Virus record (IMG/VR): IMGVR_UViG_3300035183_000733
Span: 124,001 to 188,000 of that record
Reading direction: 5' to 3' (one strand)
DNA: 64,000 nt
How positions within the stretch are numbered: position 1 is the stretch's first letter; each line of letters starts with the position of its first letter. The position numbers were made by a program, and so were the translations under genes. The notes beneath the pieces were generated by a model. The model was not told the DNA's origin and did not search any database. It saw nothing but the letters and a program-made list of their open reading frames with translations. This document shows, piece by piece, positions 1 through 8,865 of the stretch.

Positions 1-180
1 GCTGAACTGGTGAGTCCACTTTATGCCGAGATCTCTGAGCTGCTTCTCGATGTCTTCGTTCCACTTAGAACCGGTCATAATGTGCACCTCGTGCCCGTTA
101 TCAACGAGCAATGTCGTTAGCACCGAAAAAACTTTGGGCAGCGCATCTATCACGCCATGAATGTCGAATCCGAACTTCAT
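1..180 (-). CDS. HAD-superfamily phosphatase-like protein (5' part, runs off window)
   Basis: Manual translation MKFGFDIHGVIDALPKVFSVLTTLLVDNGHEVHIMTGS: hydrophobic-D-x-H-G-V variant of HAD motif I and MTG motif II; ATG overlaps the upstream TGA (ATGA). Confidence 0.55.
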   Translation of the reverse strand, partial: MKFGFDIHGVIDALPKVFSVLTTLLVDNGHEVHIMTGSKWNEDIEKQLRDLGIKWTHQFS

Positions 181-527
181 CTGAACCTCCTTAATTTACT
201 TATAGATTTGTAGTTTGTCATTATCAAAACGAACATAGATAGTGCACCAATTATCAGGAACACCCAACGCAGCCAGGATACATAAGGGGCCCACCCTGCA
301 GTGGTAATATCCGGTATCATCCAGCACACGTTCATCAACAGCCAGCAATTGGTGGCTACTGCAACGAGCACCTTGATCAGATGGTAGTCCGCGTGCCAGA
401 ACATAAGCATGGTCGAGTATACTGTCGGCACTATCAGTACGGCCGCGAGCGTATCTTGGTCGGACATCCAGCAGACGTCCATCAAGAACCATAGTATCGA
501 CGATATGTCCTCAATCAGTTTCTTCAT
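177..527 (-). CDS. small multi-pass membrane protein
   Basis: 116 aa, about four hydrophobic segments with an internal WxxxxxCWM repeat. Confidence 0.65.
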   Translation of the reverse strand: MKKLIEDISSILWFLMDVCWMSDQDTLAAVLIVPTVYSTMLMFWHADYHLIKVLVAVATNCWLLMNVCWMIPDITTAGWAPYVSWLRWVFLIIGALSMFVLIMTNYKSISKLRRFR

Positions 528-658
528 GCGTTTATTCCCCTTGCGTTTAATTTCTTGATAACAATCTTCTCCTCATCGCGTAGCTTGGCGGCCTCCTCGT
601 ATTTTTGATTGCGCATTGTGCGGTTCTTTTCCTCCTTTATTCTGCGCAGCTCGAGCAT
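524..658 (-). CDS. 44-aa stand-alone UVR (UvrB/C, ClpC middle-domain) motif protein
   Basis: Not in ORF track; MLELRRIKEEKNRTMRNQKYEEAAKLRDEEKIVIKKLNARGINA; start overlaps the nadE TGA and stop overlaps the next ATG. Confidence 0.7.
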   Translation of the reverse strand: MLELRRIKEEKNRTMRNQKYEEAAKLRDEEKIVIKKLNARGINA

Positions 659-1575
659 CAGGTCCTCGATTTCTTTGTCGAGTCTATCAAGCTCGGGTTG
701 CTTCTAACCGCGCACACGGGGATAGCCACCATCTTGTGACGGTTGGCCCTGTTTCTCGTTCTGTATATGTCGAGCACTTGCTGCTGTCTGTCAGTCAGAT
801 CATGTTCGAGAGGCTTCTGCATTCTATCGGTCTCCTCGTAATCCATGGCCCACTCGAGCTCGGCATACGTGGCGCCGATCTGGTCCTCGTCCGTGCGGCC
901 GTCGTCCCAGAGGCCGTCAGTCGGTCTCGCATCCTGTATCTCGGAGATAATGCCCAGGCACTTGGCCAGCTCATAAACCTCGGTCTTGTTGAGGTCGGCT
1001 ATCGGGCTTAAGTCGACCCCGCCATCTCCATACTTGGTGAAAAAACCCACGCCGAAATCCTCGATGCGATTGCCGGTGCCTGCAACGAGCAACTTATGCT
1101 TGGTCGCCAGATAGTACAGGGCAGTCATCCGCATGCGGGCCCTCGTGTTAGCCCTCGACAGGAATTCGGTCTCACGACCTACTTTCTTCTCCAGTCCATT
1201 GTACGGTGAGTTGGGGAACCTGGTAGTGAACACGGAATCGATGTCGTTAAGCGCGAGCATGAAGTGCTCGTACACGCTGGTGAGGTCGTAATGCACGACG
1301 TCAATATTATGCACGCGCTGTTCCTCCGAGATCCTTACAAGGGAGTCAATGTGCTTGTGTGCCCGCCTGACTTCGTCGGTCTTCTGCGCTATTGGCATGA
1401 CAACGCACACGGTGCGCAACCCTGTCATTGAGCACAGCTTGGAAACTACAGCAGAATCTACTCCGCCCGATACTCCGACCACGAAACCGTTCACGTTGGC
1501 ATTGGTAGCATAATCCTTTAACCACTTAACTATGTGGTTTGCCACCGCCGGCATTTTTAAAACTTTACCGGACAT
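658..1575 (-). CDS. nadE: NH3-dependent NAD+ synthetase
   Basis: GVSGGVDSAV PP-loop, RANTRARMRM, GTGNRIE..GFFTKYGDGGVD..PIADL.K, PTDGLW....DEDQIGATYAELE. Confidence 0.95.
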   Translation of the reverse strand: MSGKVLKMPAVANHIVKWLKDYATNANVNGFVVGVSGGVDSAVVSKLCSMTGLRTVCVVMPIAQKTDEVRRAHKHIDSLVRISEEQRVHNIDVVHYDLTSVYEHFMLALNDIDSVFTTRFPNSPYNGLEKKVGRETEFLSRANTRARMRMTALYYLATKHKLLVAGTGNRIEDFGVGFFTKYGDGGVDLSPIADLNKTEVYELAKCLGIISEIQDARPTDGLWDDGRTDEDQIGATYAELEWAMDYEETDRMQKPLEHDLTDRQQQVLDIYRTRNRANRHKMVAIPVCAVRSNPSLIDSTKKSRT

Positions 1576-2401
1576 TATCTGAATTTATTAGTTTCACCAT
1601 TGTATACGACAGACCGAAATCCTTGGCGACCTCGCCTATCTTCTTTGTTTTACACGCTTCACGAATCTTGGCGTCTCGCTGCTGGCGCTCCTTGGGTGTG
1701 AGTTTCTTCTTCTTGTCCTTGTGCACACCATTGCTGTGCCAGATGCTGTACACGTAATCCTTGCACAGTCCGTGCTTGTCTGCCGTGTACTGTGCCGAGA
1801 ATCCGCCGATCTTGCCCATCTGCACGATGTTCTCGTCGCGGTATCTCTGCGACTCCTTGAACAGATTGTACCCGAGGTTGGATTTTATCTCCCTCATAGT
1901 TTTCTCTCCGTACTTGGATGTGATGCCGCGGTACCAGGTTTTCCATGTTCGGTCGATGCCGCCCGGGTTTTCCTCGGACTTCATGTTCTCGTTGGACTTT
2001 ATCATCTCCTGGTAGTTGGCGACTTCGTTCTTTATCTCGGACAGCGTACGTTCAATGCGTACGTGTTTCAAATCAGTGACATTGTCACGCACAACCTGAC
2101 GGACCCTCGTTGGGGTTATCTCAAAGCGGCTGCCAATGTCCTCCGGCGTCTCGCCCTTCTCGGCAAGCTCGATGATCTGGCGATCCCTGTCCGACAGGTT
2201 GCCCTTGCGGTCATACTGTCCCTTGCGGCCTATGCGCACCCCAATAGCTCGGAGAATGCTGCGTACGTAAAATTTGCCAATCTCCTGTTCATCAGAGATT
2301 TTCTGAATAGCATCGTCCGGCGACACATCGACAGACACGAGCTCCGCATAACGGGCCGCAATCTGCTTGTTCCTCTCTTTGGTGTCTATTCTTTTAGTCA
2401 T
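1565..2401 (-). CDS. protein with four tandem HTH units, putative regulator
   Basis: Repeated R(D/N)xxI...HTH units, e.g. DRDRQIIELAEKGETPEDIGSRFEITPTRVRQVV and QRDAKIREA..KKIGEVAKDFGLSYTMVKLI. Confidence 0.6.
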   Translation of the reverse strand: MTKRIDTKERNKQIAARYAELVSVDVSPDDAIQKISDEQEIGKFYVRSILRAIGVRIGRKGQYDRKGNLSDRDRQIIELAEKGETPEDIGSRFEITPTRVRQVVRDNVTDLKHVRIERTLSEIKNEVANYQEMIKSNENMKSEENPGGIDRTWKTWYRGITSKYGEKTMREIKSNLGYNLFKESQRYRDENIVQMGKIGGFSAQYTADKHGLCKDYVYSIWHSNGVHKDKKKKLTPKERQQRDAKIREACKTKKIGEVAKDFGLSYTMVKLINSDNVR

Positions 2402-2610
2402 GATTCCTCTTTTTAAAACTTGTATTTGGCGGCGTAATCCACCACGTTAGGTCAACACCCTTGTTACCGGCATTAGCATAGTTAATCGCATTCTGCGTCT
2501 GTACTGCCTCAATTCCACCTTGCGGTCGGGTATAATGTATGCGAACTTAATATTCGGGTACTTATACCGTATTTCTCGAAAGAGACAAAGAGACAAAGTA
2601 CTTGTCCCAA

Positions 2611-2841
2611 TCAAAGTTTGTCGTTTTCATTTTGCTTCTTCTTTTTGCGGGTAAACGTCCACCAAAGATAGAGCACGCATGCGATTCCGAGGGCAAGCAA
2701 TCCGTACTGGAAGATTGCCACGAATACGAAGGCGAACGCCTTGATGGCGAACAGTAACGCCAGGATGAGTACGGTAAGTATACTGATGATAACTGCGTGT
2801 TTCATATATAATTTAGATTGGTTTAGGGAAATCTCTTTCAT
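2611..2841 (-). CDS. small membrane protein
   Basis: 76 aa, long hydrophobic stretch followed by a basic tail. Confidence 0.55.
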   Translation of the reverse strand: MKEISLNQSKLYMKHAVIISILTVLILALLFAIKAFAFVFVAIFQYGLLALGIACVLYLWWTFTRKKKKQNENDKL

Positions 2842-3649
2842 TAGGGTTGTACCTGATATTGGTTAATGGCTTGCCCTTTCTGTACGCGTTCCATGTGATA
2901 ATCGTCCACGCAACCATATCACTGTCTGGAGAATTTTTACGTGAGGCCATCTCGGATATAAGTCTGTTACGCAGGACAAACACCGGATGACTCTTGCTAA
3001 GATTCTCTCCGGTGGCAAGCATATTGAAAAATTCCATTGCCTGTTCACGAGATTGTTTTCCTGGCAATTCGCTGAATACCCAATAGAGCGCGCCTACGTA
3101 TCGTGCGTGTATGCACGCTTTGAACTTATTCTTAACCTTGGCCGCAAGATTAGAAACCTCATCCAATTGTTCGACGTGTTGCATCGCAAATTCGAGAACC
3201 TCTTGGTTGTTCATTTTCGCGGCACCTGAGCCATCGTGATAACGTACGAAACGATTCTTCTTCATGTTACAGTAAACACGAATGATACCAGCCTTCTGAT
3301 TGGCATTGCTGAATTTCTGAATTCCAAGCACATCACCAGCGCTTCTCGATTTACCGGTATCTATTGCGGCGAAAGCGGTAGGAGATAAATTACGGGCGAC
3401 GAGGAACTCAAGCGGTTTTCCGTATCTGATAAGTGCAGTCAACCGGTGTTGACCATTGATTAGGTTCCCATTCGTGTCGAACCCTATAGCATCAGTGGTA
3501 GTTTCCCACAGACCCTTATTCATTGATTGTAGCCACTCATCAACCTTTCTGTTGTTCAATGGACGGTTTTCTTTATTTTTCTCCAAGTACAACTTGGCTA
3601 ACTGCGGAGAGATACGCTCCACTCCAACATCGATCATCATTTTTGACAT
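2813..3649 (-). CDS. ParB/Srx-like N-terminal domain protein
   Basis: NRPLNNRKV...IGFDTNGNLINGQHRLTAL matches the ParB-like DGQHR core. Confidence 0.7.
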   Translation of the reverse strand: MSKMMIDVGVERISPQLAKLYLEKNKENRPLNNRKVDEWLQSMNKGLWETTTDAIGFDTNGNLINGQHRLTALIRYGKPLEFLVARNLSPTAFAAIDTGKSRSAGDVLGIQKFSNANQKAGIIRVYCNMKKNRFVRYHDGSGAAKMNNQEVLEFAMQHVEQLDEVSNLAAKVKNKFKACIHARYVGALYWVFSELPGKQSREQAMEFFNMLATGENLSKSHPVFVLRNRLISEMASRKNSPDSDMVAWTIITWNAYRKGKPLTNIRYNPNERDFPKPI

Positions 3650-3689
3650 AACTTTAACTTTTATGGTTTCTTTTTGATTGATTACTTAG

Positions 3690-3697
3690 TAAAGGTA
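3690..3697 (-). promoter_or_regulatory. Bacteroidota-type -7 promoter variant (TACCTTTA)
   Basis: Minus strand cgTACCTTTA in AT-rich intergenic DNA ~40 nt upstream of the 3649 start. Confidence 0.5.
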
Positions 3698-3740
3698 CGA
3701 AATTTTTGACAATATAGTTTACATCTCAGCGGAAATCACT

Positions 3741-5978
3741 TCAAGCCCATTTTATTTCGAGTTTATCTTGTTGTTTTATCTTCTTATAGCAGGTGCCGCA
3801 CATGAACATATAAAACGTCATGCCGTTCGATTCTCTCCTGCTGCACGGATCGTTTATCCTCAAATACGGGTGCGTCTGGCCGAGTATGCTATTGCCGGTA
3901 TACGGTATCAAATTATGAGCCCTGTACTGTCTGAAGTACTTGTGCAACTGCTTGCGATCAGTGAGGCCAAGCAACCACATCAGCTCTTTGTAATGACGTA
4001 TGTGCACGCCTTTGACTATTTTGGATTGGTTCGGTGCGAGCCTCGTGGTACGACAAGGTATACAATCCTCCTCGTGGTATTGCTTCTTGCCTATTCCTGT
4101 GCCACGCTTGACACATACACCCTTCTTATCCATCTCAAAAACAGAACCGCATTCGCCAAGCTCCAAATCGGTGCTGAATCCGGAACTGGATCTCATCCCC
4201 ACGAAACTTATCTCCTTGGCCATGGTCATGCGTTCAACTATAGCGTCATAGTTGTCCTGGAACTGCTTGTCAAGCCACTTGTACGCCTCGTCCTTCATAT
4301 CACTGAGTTCCTTAACCTTCGAGTACAACTTGTTCTTCTCATCCTCGAGGACAGTCCACTCCGCAAGGCTCTCCAATTTTTTCGGGGTTGTCAGCCAGGA
4401 CGCGTTGTAATGTGTCGACTTGCGCACAACATCATAGGTCTGGATCGCAATTGCTGTAGGCTTCTCCTCGCCTTCCTCCAGGGTCTCAAGAAGTTCCTTG
4501 AATATCTCCTTGTGCTCGTCGGTCCAGTATTCCATGTGCGTCGGTGCAACAGGGTCAATCTTGGCGCCCTCGAGCAATTTAAGGTCCATGTGCTCCGACG
4601 CGAGCATTATCTGCTCGGTCTCCACGTTAGAACCAAGGTACTGTATCATCTCCTTCATCAGTAGGACCACGAACGTCTGCTGCCCGGCCTTTAGCTCGGA
4701 AAACTGCTTGAAGAATACTTCGGCGCGGCGGTACACGATTATCTCACCGCTGTGCGCGTAGGCCACCGTGTGTCCGTCTCTGCGAGCGTACATGTCATGT
4801 ATGTAATACTTATCGTCAGATTGCGCGTAAACGAAATCGTAATCCACGGCAAGCTTATCGAGCTTCTTCTTGAACAGGTTCTTCATGTGCTCCTCGAGCT
4901 CTGACCCTTTATCGCGGCGGTCAAAGTAACTGGAAAACTTTTTGTCCTGCTCTACCTGGAAGTCGACAAACTTCTCGCGTATGAACGAATCGTTTTTAGC
5001 GAGCTTATCGTTGCTGCCTCTCAGTTCGTCCATCTCGTGAAACAGGTTGAACGGCAGATCGCACTCGGCATAGTGATCGTCTGCGTCTCTCCAGGCGCTG
5101 CGTCTCTCCAGGCGCACACGCTTCTGATACGGGTTGTCAAAGTCTACCTGGTCGGTGACTATCCAGATGGTGCTGCCCTTGTGTAACGTGAACAGCCAGT
5201 TCGAATATATCGGGTGAACCTCATCGAGCTTGCCAAACATGGTTATGAACACCTTGTTCTCGGCTTGCTTGCTAAGGAACTCTTGCTGGTTCTGTATGTG
5301 AGTAAGCCACATTGTGAGATCCTGGCTGAACCCGATAACAGTGGAGATGTGGTACTCGTCATTTATGCCGATAGTGTCCCCTCCCTCCTTGTACTTGTAC
5401 GCTGTGAACTTACCGTCAACCACCAATTTGTTGATCGCCTCGAGGACGGCAGGATCGATATTAGTCTCCCCGGTTTTAAGCTGGGACGATATTCCGGTAA
5501 CCATCGGGTCGAACTCGTTGGCCTTCCACTCCTTGTAAAGTTTCACGATGTCGAGAACTATGTAGGCGAACTTGCGCTGGCGCTCAATTTCTTCCTCGTT
5601 GAAGTCATCGGCCCCGCCATACCCGAACATGTCAACCCATCCGGCACCCCATCTGTCGGGTGTCGGGATGCGCTCGTACAGACCAGTGATGCCCAAGCCA
5701 TAGTTGAGGCTCGCCTCGATCTTTGCCTTGTACACGGTCTTGCGCAGGTCCTCGGTAGACGTTATCCTGCGGCTGCCCTTCTCATCCCACTCCTTCTGCT
5801 CGCGCTCCATATCCCAGTCGAAAAAATCTGTGATGCGGTCGCACAGCGCTACCAAGCGGTCCTTATAGTTGCCTTGTGTTTGTAGTTTTTCCATTTTTTC
5901 TTGACCAACTTTTGGTTTTCCACAGAAGTAAAGGCCGGGTCTGTCCTTCTTAAAATTGGAATTTTTATTAAATTTCAT
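3741..5978 (-). CDS. large hypothetical protein with C-terminal Cys cluster
   Basis: 745-aa ORF; CIPC and CGTC near the C-terminus; no family recognised. Confidence 0.75.
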   Translation of the reverse strand: MKFNKNSNFKKDRPGLYFCGKPKVGQEKMEKLQTQGNYKDRLVALCDRITDFFDWDMEREQKEWDEKGSRRITSTEDLRKTVYKAKIEASLNYGLGITGLYERIPTPDRWGAGWVDMFGYGGADDFNEEEIERQRKFAYIVLDIVKLYKEWKANEFDPMVTGISSQLKTGETNIDPAVLEAINKLVVDGKFTAYKYKEGGDTIGINDEYHISTVIGFSQDLTMWLTHIQNQQEFLSKQAENKVFITMFGKLDEVHPIYSNWLFTLHKGSTIWIVTDQVDFDNPYQKRVRLERRSAWRDADDHYAECDLPFNLFHEMDELRGSNDKLAKNDSFIREKFVDFQVEQDKKFSSYFDRRDKGSELEEHMKNLFKKKLDKLAVDYDFVYAQSDDKYYIHDMYARRDGHTVAYAHSGEIIVYRRAEVFFKQFSELKAGQQTFVVLLMKEMIQYLGSNVETEQIMLASEHMDLKLLEGAKIDPVAPTHMEYWTDEHKEIFKELLETLEEGEEKPTAIAIQTYDVVRKSTHYNASWLTTPKKLESLAEWTVLEDEKNKLYSKVKELSDMKDEAYKWLDKQFQDNYDAIVERMTMAKEISFVGMRSSSGFSTDLELGECGSVFEMDKKGVCVKRGTGIGKKQYHEEDCIPCRTTRLAPNQSKIVKGVHIRHYKELMWLLGLTDRKQLHKYFRQYRAHNLIPYTGNSILGQTHPYLRINDPCSRRESNGMTFYMFMCGTCYKKIKQQDKLEIKWA

Positions 5979-6019
5979 GGTTATTGAGATTAGGTTATTA
6001 GTAGGTTTTCATTACTTCG

Positions 6020-6027
6020 TAAAGATA
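6020..6027 (-). promoter_or_regulatory. Bacteroidota-type -7 promoter variant (TATCTTTA)
   Basis: Minus strand ttcgTATCTTTA ~40 nt upstream of the 5978 start; same ttcgtatcttta at 54776-54787 on plus. Confidence 0.5.
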
Positions 6028-6097
6028 CGAAGTTTATTTGAATAAAATAAATCTGTGGAAAATATCATAACTACTTGATAGCCAGTATTATGAATAG

Positions 6098-6125
6098 AAA
6101 AGCCCTGGAAATTTTCCAGGGCTTT
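6098..6125 (-). terminator. intrinsic terminator
   Basis: Inverted repeat aaagccctggaa/ttccagggcttt followed by a U run on minus. Confidence 0.8.
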
Positions 6126-6127
6126 GA

Positions 6128-6338
6128 TGTGGTGCCGGTTCGGGGAGATTTCAGAAACATTGCTGAGTATTCATATCTTTATATCATAAGTTTTAATTCC
6201 TAAGATACTAAGTTTTGAAAGCAACTTCGAATTTCTAAAGCCATCTTAACGCTATCAGGACACGACTGCAACATAAGTTGGAAGATCCGATACTCTGCGC
6301 GCGGCTTGCGCCGGTCTCGTACGCCTCCCCTCCCCGAC
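6128..6338 (-). ncRNA. candidate structured ncRNA (~210 nt), family unknown
   Basis: UCGGGGAG(6337-6330)/CUCCCCGA(6147-6140) closing helix, GAGUAU/AUACUC inner helix, CGGC-GCAA-GCCG and CAAC-UUAU-GUUG hairpins; lies between a stop codon and a terminator. Confidence 0.6.
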
Positions 6339-6770
6339 TTATAGTGTAACTTCAGTGCTGTGGTTGTACTGGTCGATGATCTCCTGGAGCTTCTCGATCT
6401 CGTTCTCCTTGCTCTCAATAGCTGCGAGAACTTCCGCCTGCTTCACCTGAGTCTCGTACTCGGTCATAGTGCTGCCGTAGTCAGTATGATTGCCCTCCTT
6501 GGTGTCCAGATTACGCAAGAATGCGATCTGTGAGCGCAACTCTCCGATGTGGAGGATGTGTCTGTTGATGGGCTGATTTGCTGCTGCTATAGCGGACTTA
6601 ATGTGCACGAGCTTATCAGTTAGCTCTTCAAGCTCCTTCAATTTAGCTACCGCGTCAATCGGACGCTGGTTACCCTTGATAACCGAGTTGTGCTGGTTGA
6701 TCAGCTTCTGCGTCTCGGTGATCTTCTTAGTCAATTTATTCTTCTCTTTTAGTGCTGCTGAAAGTTTCAT
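6339..6770 (-). CDS. coiled-coil protein resembling the DIP1984/DUF6847 type
   Basis: MKLSAALKEKNKL...HIKSAIAAAN...ELRSQIAFL...IEKLQEIIDQYN pattern, recalled from the family and not searched. Confidence 0.6.
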   Translation of the reverse strand: MKLSAALKEKNKLTKKITETQKLINQHNSVIKGNQRPIDAVAKLKELEELTDKLVHIKSAIAAANQPINRHILHIGELRSQIAFLRNLDTKEGNHTDYGSTMTEYETQVKQAEVLAAIESKENEIEKLQEIIDQYNHSTEVTL

Positions 6771-6835
6771 CTGTGTATCATTTTAAGTTGTACGAATATA
6801 ATCAATAATAAAATTGCGGTCAAGTTATCTCATAA

Positions 6836-7078
6836 TTATTTCCAGAACGCTGGACGTATCCCCCGTTCGCGTACTTCCTGCATCAGGTACTTTTCCGCGT
6901 CCTCGAACGTCTAAAAGTCGCGGTACGTGATGTTGCCGTCTTTGTCGGTAATTTCGAAATTGGAAGCAACTGTGGTCCACCTCTTGATCCTGCCCTGGCG
7001 CCGCTCTATAGTCTCATCTTTGGACGGTAAAAGTAAACGCTTAACGTTAGAACAGATCCTGTATGTTACGTCGCTCAT
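6836..7078 (-). pseudogene. 80-codon gene interrupted by an in-frame TAG (6911-6913)
   Basis: ATGA-coupled start; MSDVTY...ITYRDF*TFEDAEKYLMQEVRERGIRPAFWK then TAA. Confidence 0.55.
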
Positions 7079-7443
7079 TCGTCATTCCTCCTGTACAGCT
7101 TATTGAGGGCTTGCACTATGGTGTCACGGATCGCAGCAGGTTCCATTCCGGACGACTCGGGATTAACTCCGTCGTCGAAATCGCTGAAGAATCCCACGAG
7201 CGTGTCACCGACCTCCACGCTGACGAACTGCTTACGGAAGTACCAGTCTATCACGATGGTCCCGTGCGGTTGTGTGGTGATGTGTTCCTCTGGTTTGATA
7301 ATCTCCCGGTAGTATTTGGGTAACGACGCCAGAAACTTCGTCGCGTTCTCCTTGCATTCTTTGCTCGGAGCCTTGCCAAAAAAACCTTCCTCGTCGGCGG
7401 TTTCTGGCTTTTTGTTTAGTGCTGATATTAGCTGTTGGTTCAT
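7075..7443 (-). CDS. hypothetical protein
   Basis: 122-aa ORF in the co-directional cluster. Confidence 0.65.
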   Translation of the reverse strand: MNQQLISALNKKPETADEEGFFGKAPSKECKENATKFLASLPKYYREIIKPEEHITTQPHGTIVIDWYFRKQFVSVEVGDTLVGFFSDFDDGVNPESSGMEPAAIRDTIVQALNKLYRRNDE

Positions 7444-7561
7444 TCGTAGAGCTTAAATGTCCATAAAAAATTCAGTTTGAAAGCATCACGAGCCAAGAAT
7501 TGTTCCGGTAATCAATGCCCGTTTCCTTTTCTCTTTCGCCCCTTCAGAAATTATTCAATAA

Positions 7562-7585
7562 AAAAGCGAACTTAGGTTCGCTTTT
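7562..7585 (-). terminator. intrinsic terminator downstream of tmRNA
   Basis: aaaagcgaac-ttag-gttcgctttt perfect hairpin. Confidence 0.7.
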
Positions 7586-7663
7586 AGGGCCGACCGGTAT
7601 GACTAAATATCTTAACCAGTAGCATCCACCAGTTCATTTTTCGAGGAATGAACAAACCTTCAG

Positions 7664-8095
7664 TGGAACCGGGCGGATTCGAACCGCCGTCCAAAAAACC
7701 TCATGACCAGCCTTCTACACGTTTAGGAACGTTTCCAAACCTTCCGAACAGGATGAGATTTTCTAACCTCCCAAAATATCCCAGACTTTCGATCCGGACC
7801 ATCTACCCACGTTACCAGCTTTGACCCGCCGTTGCGTAGGCTCATAGGGGTTGAAGTTTTGGGGTCACTGGACCTGGTCCAGCTTCCCGGTGTTAGGCGA
7901 ACTCAAGTTCTTCTACTTGAGCAGCAACAGGCTGAGCCTTGGTTGCCTTCTCGACTGCTAACACGTCGGCAAGTCCGCCGACCTCGTTAGTGATGTTGCC
8001 ATCTAAAACGTAGACTCATTTTTTACGTGTTGATTCCACAGTAACACGACGTGCTTCTCTGAACCATTGGATCTCTGTCGATGCCGTACGGTCCC
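7664..8095 (-). ncRNA. ssrA: tmRNA
   Basis: 5' GGGACCG pairs with 3' CGGUUCC-A including the G3.U Ala identity pair; 5' ..UCGACAG; T-arm GGCGGUUCGAAUCCGCC; internal tag ORF 7893-8000; CCA not encoded. Confidence 0.9.
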
Positions 8096-8367
8096 ATAGC
8101 ATTCATATATATTCAAGAAATTAACAAAAGTTTCATTACGGGTACAAATGCAACTATAAATCCTCTATCTCGGAGCGGTTGAATTTCCGGCGGATCTTGT
8201 CTATCTCGGACTTGGCCATTAGCGTGCCCACCCGGTCACATACACCTTGCCGCCCGCGTTCTTTACCAGCTTTAGACCGACGAACACTACTGCGTCGATT
8301 TTCTCCTTCATCTTAGGAGTTTGTGTGTTGGCCTTCCCATCTATTAACAGGAACTTTGCCTCGTTGT

Positions 8368-8865
8368 TTATCCATTCTTTTCGTAAATAGTTATCTTGTA
8401 TTTTATCGATGGCTCCACGCTCGGAGTTATCTCCACCGCGATCGTCCACTCGGGGCCGATCTCTGGGAAGAACACGTCGCCCTCGAACTCCTGTTCTATG
8501 GACGTGATGTACATCCTGTCCGCCAGGCCCATGCACTGCTTGTACACATCGGCCCCGCCGATTATGAATATCTCCTCGTCGCCGGTCTTCTTGGCCGCCT
8601 CGATGGCCGCCTCGATGCTCTGTACCACAACGGCGCCCTCGGCCGCGTAACCTTCCTGCCGCGTGACCACTATGTTGGTGCGGTCCTTGAGAGGCCTGAA
8701 CTTGGCAGGTATGGACTCGTAGTTCTTGCGGCCGGTTATCACGCAGTGCCCGGTGGTCGTGTCCTTGAAGAACTTCATGTCCTCCGGCAGGTGCCACGGC
8801 AGTTTATTGTCCTTACCGATTACTCCGTTCTTTGATACGGCTGCTATAATAGAAATCTTACTCAT
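8368..8865 (-). CDS. folA: dihydrofolate reductase
   Basis: NGVIGKDNKLPWHLPEDMKFFK..T..GRKNYESI...RPLKDRTNIV, IIGGA, GDVFFP. Confidence 0.95.
   Translation of the reverse strand: MSKISIIAAVSKNGVIGKDNKLPWHLPEDMKFFKDTTTGHCVITGRKNYESIPAKFRPLKDRTNIVVTRQEGYAAEGAVVVQSIEAAIEAAKKTGDEEIFIIGGADVYKQCMGLADRMYITSIEQEFEGDVFFPEIGPEWTIAVEITPSVEPSIKYKITIYEKNG

Noticed and set aside
6128-6145. tRNA gene suggested by the CCGGCACCA 3' end
   Set aside because: No T-arm or cloverleaf upstream; treated as part of the candidate ncRNA
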